This document shows, one piece after another, positions 12,987 to 22,015 of a stretch of 64,000 bases of DNA. Where the stretch lies: the NCBI GenBank assembly GCA_963717785.1, contig CAVQWW010000006.1, positions 24,190 through 88,189 on the forward strand, in the 5' to 3' direction. Position 1 is the first letter of the stretch. Each line of letters starts with the position of its first letter. Under the pieces are notes generated by a model. It was not told where the DNA came from, ran no database searches, and was given only the letters and a program-made list of their open reading frames with translations. A program made the translations under genes and the position numbers. Source of the stretch: an uncultured Solirubrobacterales bacterium. Lineage in GTDB: Bacteria > Actinomycetota > Thermoleophilia > Solirubrobacterales > Solirubrobacteraceae.

Positions 12987-13020
12987 CTTCCGTCCGACGG
13001 GATCCCGACAATGGTCCCAC

Positions 13021-13797
13021 ATGCAGCCATCTGAGTCCACTGCTCTGCATCCTGCGCTATCTGCGCCGCGCTCCCTCATCAGGACCGTGGTGTGCGGGTC
13101 ATTCCGCCGTGGCCTCGCACAACTACGGGCGGACTTCGACGAGCTGCACGCTGCCGGATGCCTGGTCCTCTCGCCCCTGGAAGTCGATTTCGTAGCTGAG
13201 ATCGACGGCTTCGTCCTGGGTGAGTGCGAGCTGCACGAGACTCCAAAGGCGGTCGAGGCACGCCACATCGCGTCGCTGCAGCAGGCGGACTTCGTGTGGC
13301 TGCACGTACCCGATGGCTACGTGGGGCCGAGCGCCTCGCTGGAGCTGGGTGTGGCGCACGCGCTGGGAATCCCGGTCTTCGCACGCACGCCGCCGGACGA
13401 GATGGCGCTGCGGGACTTCGTGGAGGCGGTCGGGGGCGTGGAGCAGGCGGTGGCTCGGGCGCTGGTTCGAGGCACGCATACCCCCGCAAGGCCACTCGAT
13501 GTCCTGCAGGACTACTACGGGCGTGTCGCTGCCGGCCGCGGGTACGACAACGAGAGCGCTCAGGACACGATGCTCCTGCTCACCGAGGAGATCGGGGAGC
13601 TGGCGCGTGCTGTGCGCAAGCAGATCGGGTTGAAGCGCGCGGGTGGCTACGCGGCGGAGAGCGTCGCCGATGAGCTGGCCGATGTCCAGCTCTACCTGCT
13701 CCATCTGGCGAATACCCTCGACATTCGCTTGGCGGAGGCCGTGAGCGACAAGGAGCGCGTGAACGCGCTGCGCGAGATGCCCGCGCTCGCCGCGTGA
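13021..13797 (+). CDS. Nucleoside deoxyribosyltransferase-like domain fused to MazG nucleotide pyrophosphohydrolase
   Basis: N-half VVCGSFR...ADFVW...GYVGPSASLELGVAHALGIPVF (NDT fold with conserved Glu); C-half LLTEEIGELARAVRK...ADELADVQLYLLHLAN (MazG ExxE/ExxD). Confidence 0.82.
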   Translation: MQPSESTALHPALSAPRSLIRTVVCGSFRRGLAQLRADFDELHAAGCLVLSPLEVDFVAEIDGFVLGECELHETPKAVEARHIASLQQADFVWLHVPDGYVGPSASLELGVAHALGIPVFARTPPDEMALRDFVEAVGGVEQAVARALVRGTHTPARPLDVLQDYYGRVAAGRGYDNESAQDTMLLLTEEIGELARAVRKQIGLKRAGGYAAESVADELADVQLYLLHLANTLDIRLAEAVSDKERVNALREMPALAA

Positions 13798-13857
13798 CGC
13801 ACCCCCGCATGGGGCCGAAGACCTAGCCATCCGGCAGCAGCCACATACTGGGAGTCC

Positions 13858-15833
13858 ATGCTCTCGGATCTCGAACGAAAGAGTGACGCGGCCAGCTTGC
13901 GCAGGCAGGGCCTCCCGAGCGGCGCCGGCTTCGTCGAGCTGAGGGATCGCAAGCGTCAGCTGGAACGGCTGGCAGAGGGTCAGCTGCAGGCCCTGCAGCG
14001 CTTCCACTACGGCGCTGATCTCACGGGACTCGAACGTGGAGAAGTCAGCCTGTCGCCCTTTGCCTTGGGGCCCGTTTCGGAGCGTCCGGACGATCCCTAT
14101 ATGAGCATCTCCAGCACGACCACCTGCGTGCGCTCGCTGCTGGCCTCCCCTGCGGTTGGGGATCGTGCTCGATTCGCGCTGATCCTCAAAGCCCTCGAGC
14201 AACGCTCGACCGAGCAGAGCTTGAAGACAGGAGAACTTCCTCACAACAATCCATACACGCTCGGACAGCTCCTGCCCGTGCTGCGACGCATGTCCGCGGC
14301 TGCTCCAGCGCTGCTCCCAGATGCGATAGCAGCGCTGCGGGAGGCCGTGAGTAATCCTGGCGTCAGTCTCGGCGATTTTCCGCCGAACGGATTCCTCACC
14401 TGGTGGGCGTTGGTAGCTCTGGAGAGTTGGGGGGAGCGCGATCCGCAGCAGTGCGCGCCGAGCTTGGACTGGTCGGCTGGCGAGCTCTACCGACAGCTGA
14501 GCCTGTTCACCGCTCAGGACGACGAGGCCGATGCGTATCAGCTTGGCTACAACCTGCTCATCCAGCGCCGGTTCCGTCGCGAGAAGACCAGGGATTCGGT
14601 GGTCGCCGCGGCCCTGCGTGCGCTCTTCGCCGCCCAGTTGGAGACGGGCATCTGGGAAAAGAAGGAGCCGCTGTTGAACTATGGGCGCAGCGGTGACGCG
14701 TATCCCTTCGCCTTCGAGCTGCTGAATGCCGTCCTGCGGGAGTTCCAGGACGCTCAGGCCCTCCTGGCCGAGCACGAACCGGCGTTGGATCGGGCTGTGT
14801 CGTGGGCGCAGCGCAACGCCTACCGAGTCGAACGTGCCACTGTGGCGCTCGGGCAATCTGGCCGACAACAAGGAACCCGAGTCGTGGGCCACGGCCGAGG
14901 TGTACTTCTTCTTGCAGAACTATCGAACCTATCTCGCCGGGCGAATACTTTCGCTGGTGATGCGCGAGACCGGTCGGGGTCATCCCGCCCGTAGGCCCAA
15001 TCCGGATAGCTTCACCAAGCTGTATCAGCCCTCGGTCGAGCTCGACGGCGCCTCCGGCGTGCTGGTTGGCGAGCTGCTGGGCGAACGCATGCTTGCGCCC
15101 CTGCAAATCGCATCCTCGGCCGAGCAGCCCTACTCGCTGGCCCGCAACCCCCAACGCAAGAGCCTGGTTCGCTCGGGGATCTTCTTCGGACCCCCGGCAC
15201 GGGGAAGACCACCTACGCGCAGGCGATCGCCGACTATCTCGGTTGGCCGTTGCTGACGATCGCGCCGGCGGACTTCGCGGCGGAAGGTTTGCTGCTGATC
15301 CCAACGGTGACGCGCCGCCTCTTCGATCAGCTGATCGAGTTGGAGGACGTCGTCATCTTCTTCGACGAGATGGAGGAGCTGATGCGCGATCGCGCCGGTG
15401 AAGGCACGTTCGAGCAGCGATTTCTCACCACCAGCTTCCTGCCGGCGCTGCAGGATCTGCGCGACAACGCGCGGTGTATCTACCTGGTGGCGACGAACAA
15501 CTTCAAGAACATCGACCCGGCCGCTCGGGCCCCGCGCCGGTTCGACTTCAAATTCAGATTCGTCCCCCTTGCATGGCAGAGAAGAAGCGCATGCTGGAGC
15601 GCGACTTCCCCGCTGCCGGCGACGGCGAGATCCTGGATGAGCTCGATCGGGACGAGGTGCAGAAAAAGGTCGAATGGGCCACCTGGCGCGAGACGCGTGA
15701 CGTCTTCCAGCGGATCGCAGGAGGAATCCCAGCGCGGGATGCGCTCCAGGCATTGACCCCGGCCCTCAACGGCCAGATCGACGCGCTCGTGAAGGAAGCG
15801 CAGGAACACAACTCGTTCGCTCGCGCAGCCTAA
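13858..15833 (+). CDS. AAA+ ATPase with long helical N-terminal domain (QW-like motif); three apparent frameshifts
   Basis: Joined frames: AQLETGIW, PESWATA, FGPP/GTGKT Walker A, VVIFFDEME Walker B, ATNN, R..RRFD; shifts near 14826, 15196, 15555. Confidence 0.8.
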
Positions 15834-15879
15834 GTCCCCGCTAACCTCGGTCGCGAGGAAACTAGGCCGAACGAGCGCA

Positions 15880-16413
15880 ATGCCCACCGCCACCCCGTCT
15901 CACAGCGTCGCGCTAGCGGGCCCCGCGTGCGGCGGGAAGAGCACCGTAGCGGCTTTGCTGGCGGAGCGCTTGGATGCCTGCCTCGCGACCGCAAGGACTG
16001 CGATAGCGCGAGCATCGAACGAAGCCGGTCACCTCGATCTCGCGCAGCTGGTTGAGTATGGTGCGCGCCTCGAGAGCGAATGTCCAGGCGAATGGCTCGC
16101 CAACGGCATCAGTGAGTTCGCCCAGGGATCGCCGGCCGTTGTCGATGCCGCACGAACGCGTGCCCAGTTGGCTGCCCTCAAGCGCTGGCGGCAGCCGCTC
16201 CTGACGGTTTTCCTTACAGCGCCAGTGGATGTTCGCCGTGAGCGATTTCAGGCTCGAGCATCTGATGGCGAGATGAGCTTCGATGCTTTGGCAGCGACGC
16301 AGGTCGAGCGGGAGGCGCAGGAATTGGGCCCGCTTTGTGACTTGGCCCTCGACAGCTCCCTGCTCTCCAGCCCTGAGATAACCGCCTTGATCCTGGAGGC
16401 GCTCGCGCAATAG
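15880..16413 (+). CDS. P-loop nucleoside/nucleotide monophosphate kinase-like protein
   Basis: VALAGPACGGKST, VVDAAR, VFLTAP..VRRERFQAR lid motif. Confidence 0.75.
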   Translation: MPTATPSHSVALAGPACGGKSTVAALLAERLDACLATARTAIARASNEAGHLDLAQLVEYGARLESECPGEWLANGISEFAQGSPAVVDAARTRAQLAALKRWRQPLLTVFLTAPVDVRRERFQARASDGEMSFDALAATQVEREAQELGPLCDLALDSSLLSSPEITALILEALAQ

Positions 16414-16526
16414 GTTGTGCTTCGGCGGTCTGTGGCGGCGCGAGGATAGCGCAGATCACGCCGGAGGCCGTCAATCACGACATATGCGAGTCCAACTGCA
16501 CTGGCGTCTGCCATCAGCCAACCGCC

Positions 16527-16535
16527 TGTGGATAA
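16527..16535 (-). promoter_or_regulatory. Perfect DnaA box
   Basis: TGTGGATAA = TTATCCACA on the minus strand, intergenic. Confidence 0.55.
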
Positions 16536-16584
16536 CGGCGAACAGGGCTAAGGGAGCGCGCCCTCCCTGCCGATAGAGGGGACC

Positions 16585-18814
16585 GTGAGGCATCTCCCCC
16601 GTCCATTCGCCGCGCTCGGCGCGCTCCGCACGTGGGCGGCAGCCCTCAGCATCGCGACGGTTGCGACGCTCGCCCTGTCCACATCCGCGCAGGCGGTAGT
16701 GACGAGCGTCCCGACCGAAACGGGCCCGGCGGTCGTTGGAGTGCAGCCGCGCAACGGCGTGAGCGTAGGCACGGTGGGAGCGACGCCCGAAACCTTCGCC
16801 AACGCGGAAGGCAACCCCGTCGTCCCCAGCAGCAATGTCTACGCGATCTATTGGGATCCGAAGGACGAGTACCACGGCGACTGGCAGAGCCTGATCGATA
16901 ACTTCCTGGCGGGCATCGGGTCCGCGAGCGGCGCCTTCGCCAACGTGCTCACCGTGAGTGAGCAGTACACCGATAAGGCCAACGAAGGCGCGGCCCACAC
17001 GATGAACTTCCGCGCCGCCTACACCGACACCGAAGCGTATCCGCCGCTCGGCAGCTGCGCCGATCCCCACCCGATGTCCCTCGCCAATCGCATCGCGTGC
17101 TTGACCGATCACCAGATCCAGAAGCAGCTCGAACACTTCATCGAAGCGCACAGCCTCCCGAAGGGCATGGGCACGATCTACTACCTGCTGACTCCCCCCG
17201 GCGTCACCGTGTGCGTGGATGCGGGCGGCCTCACCGGACATTGCTCCGATAGTGCGGAAGGGTCGGCGGAAAGCTACAAGAACAGCTTCTGCAGCTACCA
17301 CTCGGACATCAGCCCCACCAACCCCGTCAGCGGCGACGCCAACACGGTGCTGTACTCGGTGATCCCGTGGACGGCGGGAACGTTCCCCGACTACCACTTC
17401 TTCCCCGAATCCTTGACGACGGCGTGGGACTGCCAGGACGGCGGCTTCGATCCGGCTGGGCACGTGGTCGAGGAACGCGAGAAGTCGCACGAAAGAAGCG
17501 CTGCCGAAGAAGAAGCCTTCGCGAAGATGTCCGCGGAAGAAAAGAAGGCCTTCGAAGAAGCGGAAGAACGGGAGGGCCCTCATCCGCAGGAGCCCAACCA
17601 GCCGATCATCGCTCCCGGCCCCGATGGCTACTATGACACCGGTCTCGCGGACCTGATCATCAACCAGATCGCGGTGGAGCAGCAGAACACGGTCACCAAT
17701 CCGCTGCTCAATGCGTGGCAGGACTCGAAGTCCAACGAGGCCACCGATGAGTGCCGCAACTTCTTCGCCCCAGCTCAGGGCAGCTCGACGGCGCTCGAAA
17801 AGACCGACGCCGGCACCCTCTTCAACCATACGTTCGGCTCAACCAACTACTACCTCAACACGGCCTTCAACCTGGCCTCCGTGAAGCTTCCGTATCCGGC
17901 CGTTCCGTGCATTCCGGGGATCAGACAGGAACCGCAGTTCACCTCCCCCAACGTGGCCAACGCGGGCGAACTGGTGGGCTTCGATGGGATGGAGTCCGAT
18001 ATCACGCTCGACGCGGGCACCAGGTACACGAAGCTCGTTGAAGAAGAAGCGAACTACCCGCTCTTCACGTGGAACTACGGCGATGGCACTCCCACGGTTA
18101 CGGGCTACGCGCCGGGCGGTCCCACGATCAACTCCTCGGGCTTCAACTGCGACTTCCCGTGGCACTCGCCGTGCGCGGCGAGCACCTTCCACTCCTACCA
18201 GTACGGCGGCACCTATGAAGTCACCTTGACGGCCATCGATGTGGGGGGCAACACGGTGAGCGTGACGCACCCAATCACGATCGACGGCCCCTCGCCACCG
18301 CCTCCTCCCGCCCCTCCGGCGCCCCCGGCCCCTCCGGCCGAAGGCCCGCCCGCCAACGGCTCGCCGGGCGTCGGCAAGACGGGCGGAATCCAGCGGCGGC
18401 GGCTCCGGCTCGCTCGTGCTCCCCGGTCCGATCGCGCAGGCGGCGGCCGGCAGTCGCTCGCTCCCCCAGGCGCTGCGCAGCGGGCTGGTTGTGAACTACT
18501 CCGTCAACGAGCAGGTGGCTGGACACTTCGAGGTTCTGCTCAACGCCCAGACGGCGCGCCGTTTGGGGATCAAGGGCCCGGTGGCGAGCGGCCTGCCCGC
18601 CGGTACGCCGCAGTCGCTGGTGATCGGCCAGGCGATCCTCGTGACCACCAAGGGTGGGCACTCGACGGTGCGCATCAGGTTCTCCAAGCGCACCTCACAG
18701 CGTTTGCACCACGTCGCGAAGGTGACGCTGATGCTGCGCCTGGTGGTGCGCAACGCCTCCGCTCAGAACCCGCAGAGCACGACGGTGATCACCACGTTCG
18801 TGCTGCACCGCTGA
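16585..18814 (+). CDS. Secreted PKD-domain protein with Pro-rich linker (frameshift near 18390)
   Basis: Signal peptide ...STSAQA; FTWNYGDGT...HSYQYGGTYEVTLTAID PKD motif; C-terminal beta domain in ORF 18416..18814. Confidence 0.8.
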
Positions 18815-18838
18815 GCGACCGCTGAGAGATCTCGGGGC

Positions 18839-19786
18839 CTACAACCCCGGCCAGTGCCGCGCGACGTAGCCCGAGTTGTCCACGGCGCCGACCTGCCAGC
18901 GCGAGGCGTAGACGCCGCTGCGCCCGGCGGTGTCGTAGAGGATGCCGTCCACGTACATGTAGGTGTGCCCGGCGTTGGCGAAGACGGTGATCCACTTCCC
19001 CGGTCCCGGGGCGCCCCAGCTCTCGAGACTCCCGGATGTCTCCGGCGCGGAGAGCAGCCCCCCGGCCGCGAGCGCGTAGCTGACCGAGCCCGAGCAGTCA
19101 TAGGCGTTGTCCACGAAGGAGGCGTGCCCGCCGCCATACACGTAGGGAAAGTCGGTGATCGCGTTGGCGCCCGCGATCACCTGGGCGATCACCGCGGGGA
19201 CCCCGGGGGGCGGCGTGATGGTGCCGTTGCCGCCGATCGACTCCCCGCCCGCGACGGGGGTGAGCGTCTGGCGCCGCGCGGCGCGTTCGGCGGCGTGCAT
19301 CTGGCCGAGCTCGCGCCGGATTTCCGCATCGGAGGGCGCCCCGGGAGCGACCGCCGCTTCGGCCGCGGTGCTCGGCGTGATGGCGGCCTTGTGGCGCGCG
19401 GAGGCGGGCGCTGGGAAGCTCCGCGCCGCTTCGGGGTCGGGCACCTCGTTGGCCGCGAGCCGGCGCTGTCCGACGGCTGCCGCGCCGGCGGATGCTCCCG
19501 TTGCGCTGGTACCGGACGTTGCCTTGGCGGGCGTGCTCGTCGTCGGCCGCTTGGTGGCCGCAGGCGCGGTAGTCGTGCCGGTGGCGCTGCGGGTGGTCGC
19601 GGCAGGAACGACGCTGTGCTTGGGGGTCTGTGCGCTTGCGCGCGAATGGCTCGATCCACCGCCGCCAAGAACCAGTCCGGCCGCGACCGCAAGCACCGCG
19701 ACGCCAGCGAGCGCGCAGGCCAGCTGAACCCGCGAGAGACTCCAGCGCGAGCCTGTCGCGGCTGTGGGTTCTTGCAAAGGACTCAC
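18839..19786 (-). CDS. NlpC/P60-like (C40) cell-wall peptidase, membrane-anchored
   Basis: PYVYGGGH...YDCSGSVSYAL...NAGHTYM; N-terminal TM helix and Ala/Thr linker. Confidence 0.85.
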   Translation of the reverse strand: MSPLQEPTAATGSRWSLSRVQLACALAGVAVLAVAAGLVLGGGGSSHSRASAQTPKHSVVPAATTRSATGTTTAPAATKRPTTSTPAKATSGTSATGASAGAAAVGQRRLAANEVPDPEAARSFPAPASARHKAAITPSTAAEAAVAPGAPSDAEIRRELGQMHAAERAARRQTLTPVAGGESIGGNGTITPPPGVPAVIAQVIAGANAITDFPYVYGGGHASFVDNAYDCSGSVSYALAAGGLLSAPETSGSLESWGAPGPGKWITVFANAGHTYMYVDGILYDTAGRSGVYASRWQVGAVDNSGYVARHWPGL

Positions 19787-19870
19787 CCCCGCACAGCGTA
19801 GCCCCAATCCGGCGGCGGCACGCCAGGAGCGCTGCACCCTCCGAGGGACGGGCTCGCTACTCTAGAGGCG

Positions 19871-20356
19871 ATGAACGATGAGGCCACCGCGGTGGGGCTG
19901 CGCCGCCCGTCCGCTCCTCCGTCCGTGGAGCTGCAGCCGCACATGCGTCTGCTGCACGGGCTGCGCCGCCCAGCCAACTGGCTGCAGCTGGTTCGCTTCG
20001 GCGTGGTTGGCGGCACGGGGTTCGTGGTCAACGTTGGCGTGTATGCCCTCTGCGTACACGCCCTCGGCATCGACTACCGCGTCGCGTTCGTGCTCGCGTG
20101 GGGGGTCGCGGTGACCAACAATTTCCTGCTCAACCGCCACTGGACGTTCGACGCCGCGGCGGGCAGCATGCGCTTCCAGGCGGTGCGCTTCTTCGCGGTG
20201 AGCCTCGTGGCGGCGGTGTTCGGCTTCCTGCTGCTGACCCTGCTGGTGGAGAGCGTTGGGGTCGCCAAGGTGCCGGCTGAGGCGCTGGCGGTGGCGGCCT
20301 CGACGCCGCTGAACTTCCTCGGAAACAAGCTGTGGAGCTTTCGGGCCTCCGCCTGA
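19871..20356 (+). CDS. GtrA family flippase
   Basis: QLVRFGVVG, NNFLLNRHWTF, LNFLGNKLWSF. Confidence 0.9.
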   Translation: MNDEATAVGLRRPSAPPSVELQPHMRLLHGLRRPANWLQLVRFGVVGGTGFVVNVGVYALCVHALGIDYRVAFVLAWGVAVTNNFLLNRHWTFDAAAGSMRFQAVRFFAVSLVAAVFGFLLLTLLVESVGVAKVPAEALAVAASTPLNFLGNKLWSFRASA

Positions 20357-20461
20357 GGCCCCCGTCACGACTGAGAACCCCCACCCTCTCCCCGCCTCAG
20401 GGCCGGTGGCGGGAGCAGGATGGGCACCTATACTCTGAGCCCAACCTCCCGGAGGATGCTC

Positions 20462-20953
20462 GTGCAGGAGATGGTCATCTACGGCGTCAGTTTCGACATG
20501 GTCGGCAAGCAGCCGATCGTGCTCCTGAAGACGGTCGACGGCAACAGGTTCCTGCCGATCTGGATCGGGCACCCGGAGGCGGCCTCGATCCTGATGAAGC
20601 TGCAGGGCGCCTCGACGCCACGCCCGATGACGCACGACCTGCTGTACGACCTGCTGGGGGAGCTGGAGGCGAAGTGCACGCAGGTGGCGGTGACGGAGCT
20701 GCGCGAGAACACCTTCTTCGCCTCGATCACGCTCACGATGAACGGCCGCGAGCTGGAGATCGACAGCCGCCCGAGCGACGCGATCGCGCTGGCGGTGCGC
20801 TGCGGGGCGCCGATCTTCGCCGCCGAGGAGGTCATCAACGAGTCGGCGATCGAGTTCGAGCACAACATCGAGGAGTCCGAGGACGTGGTGGAGAAGTTCA
20901 AGGAGTTCCTCGACGAGGTCTCCCCGGAGGACTTCGCGGCGGGCGATTCGTAG
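20462..20953 (+). CDS. Bifunctional nuclease family (DUF151)
   Basis: LPIWIGHPEA, RPMTHDL, EIDSRPSDAIALA; GGAGG at 20451. Confidence 0.93.
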   Translation: MQEMVIYGVSFDMVGKQPIVLLKTVDGNRFLPIWIGHPEAASILMKLQGASTPRPMTHDLLYDLLGELEAKCTQVAVTELRENTFFASITLTMNGRELEIDSRPSDAIALAVRCGAPIFAAEEVINESAIEFEHNIEESEDVVEKFKEFLDEVSPEDFAAGDS

Positions 20954-21012
20954 GAAAAGGGATAGGGAGGAGGCGGCCTGCCGGCCGCCGGGGTGGGCCG
21001 CGGTGCGAGGAG

Positions 21013-22014
21013 TCAGGGGTTGCTGCCGAATACGGGGCGGGCGCAGGCGTGGGTTACGACCGGGCGGGTTCGCGCTGCCCGGCACTGGCCAGGATGCGGC
21101 TCGACCAGCACGTCGAAGCCGATGCCGGCGGCGTCGGCGGCCTGCGGTAGGAGGCTGGTCTCGGTGAAGCCGGGGATCGCGTTGGTCTCGAGCACCCACA
21201 GCTCGCCGCTCTCCTCGAGCATCAGGTCCACGCGCGCGAAGCCGCGGCAGCCGAGCAGCTCGTAGACCTGGAGCGCAAGCTCCTGTGCCCGCGCGGCCAC
21301 CTCGGGGGCGAGCTCGGCGGGGCATACGAAGGTGGTGCGCCCGATCTGATAGCGGGCCTCGAAGTCGTAGAAGTCCTCGCCGCGCGGAACGGCCTCGACC
21401 ACGGGCAGGACTTCCGGCCGTGCGCCGTCCTGCGAGTCGAGCAGCGACACCGCGAGGTCGCGCCCCGGCACGTAGCGCTCGAGCAGCACCTTGCGATCGT
21501 ATGAGAACGCCGCGAGCAGGGCGCTGGGGACCTCCTCGGGGGAGCGCGCGAACTTGATCCCCAGGGCGGAGCCCTGGCCGGCGGGCTTGACGACGAGCGG
21601 GAAGCCGAGATTGCGCTCGATGTCCTTCAGCGCGCCGGCCGCGCCGAGCTCGCGGAATGCGGTCTCGTTGAAGGAGTGGAAGTCGGGTGTGGGCACTCCG
21701 GCGTCGCGCATGAGGTGCTTGGCGAGCACCTTGTCGGCGCAGCGTATGCACGCCGAGGGACCGGAGCCCGTATAGGGCACCCCGATCGCGCCCAGCAGCT
21801 CCTGCACGGCGCCGTCCTCGCCGTCGCGGCCGTGCAGCGCGATGAAGGCGACGTCGGGCTCGGCGGCGCGCAGCTGGTGGATCAGCTCGGGACCGACGTC
21901 GATCACGATCGTCTCGTGCCCCAGCCGCTGCAGGGCGTCCTCGATCTGGGCGCCGGAGCGCAGCGAGACCTGGCGCTCGAGCGAGCGCCCGCCCTTCAGC
22001 ACGGCGACCCTCAT
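21013..22014 (-). CDS. ddl: D-alanine--D-alanine ligase (3' end probably frameshifted; true stop may be 21054)
   Basis: GGRSLERQVSLRSG, ALHGRDGEDG, VVKPAGQGSALG, ARVD, LETNAIPGFTETSLLP. Confidence 0.93.
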   Translation of the reverse strand: MRVAVLKGGRSLERQVSLRSGAQIEDALQRLGHETIVIDVGPELIHQLRAAEPDVAFIALHGRDGEDGAVQELLGAIGVPYTGSGPSACIRCADKVLAKHLMRDAGVPTPDFHSFNETAFRELGAAGALKDIERNLGFPLVVKPAGQGSALGIKFARSPEEVPSALLAAFSYDRKVLLERYVPGRDLAVSLLDSQDGARPEVLPVVEAVPRGEDFYDFEARYQIGRTTFVCPAELAPEVAARAQELALQVYELLGCRGFARVDLMLEESGELWVLETNAIPGFTETSLLPQAADAAGIGFDVLVEPHPGQCRAARTRPVVTHACARPVFGSNP

Positions 22015-22015
22015 C

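Noticed and set aside
16414-16584. attR (duplicated tRNA-Ile 3' end) closing the first cassette
   Set aside because: No copy of the tRNA 3' end was found by eye and no integrase is present.
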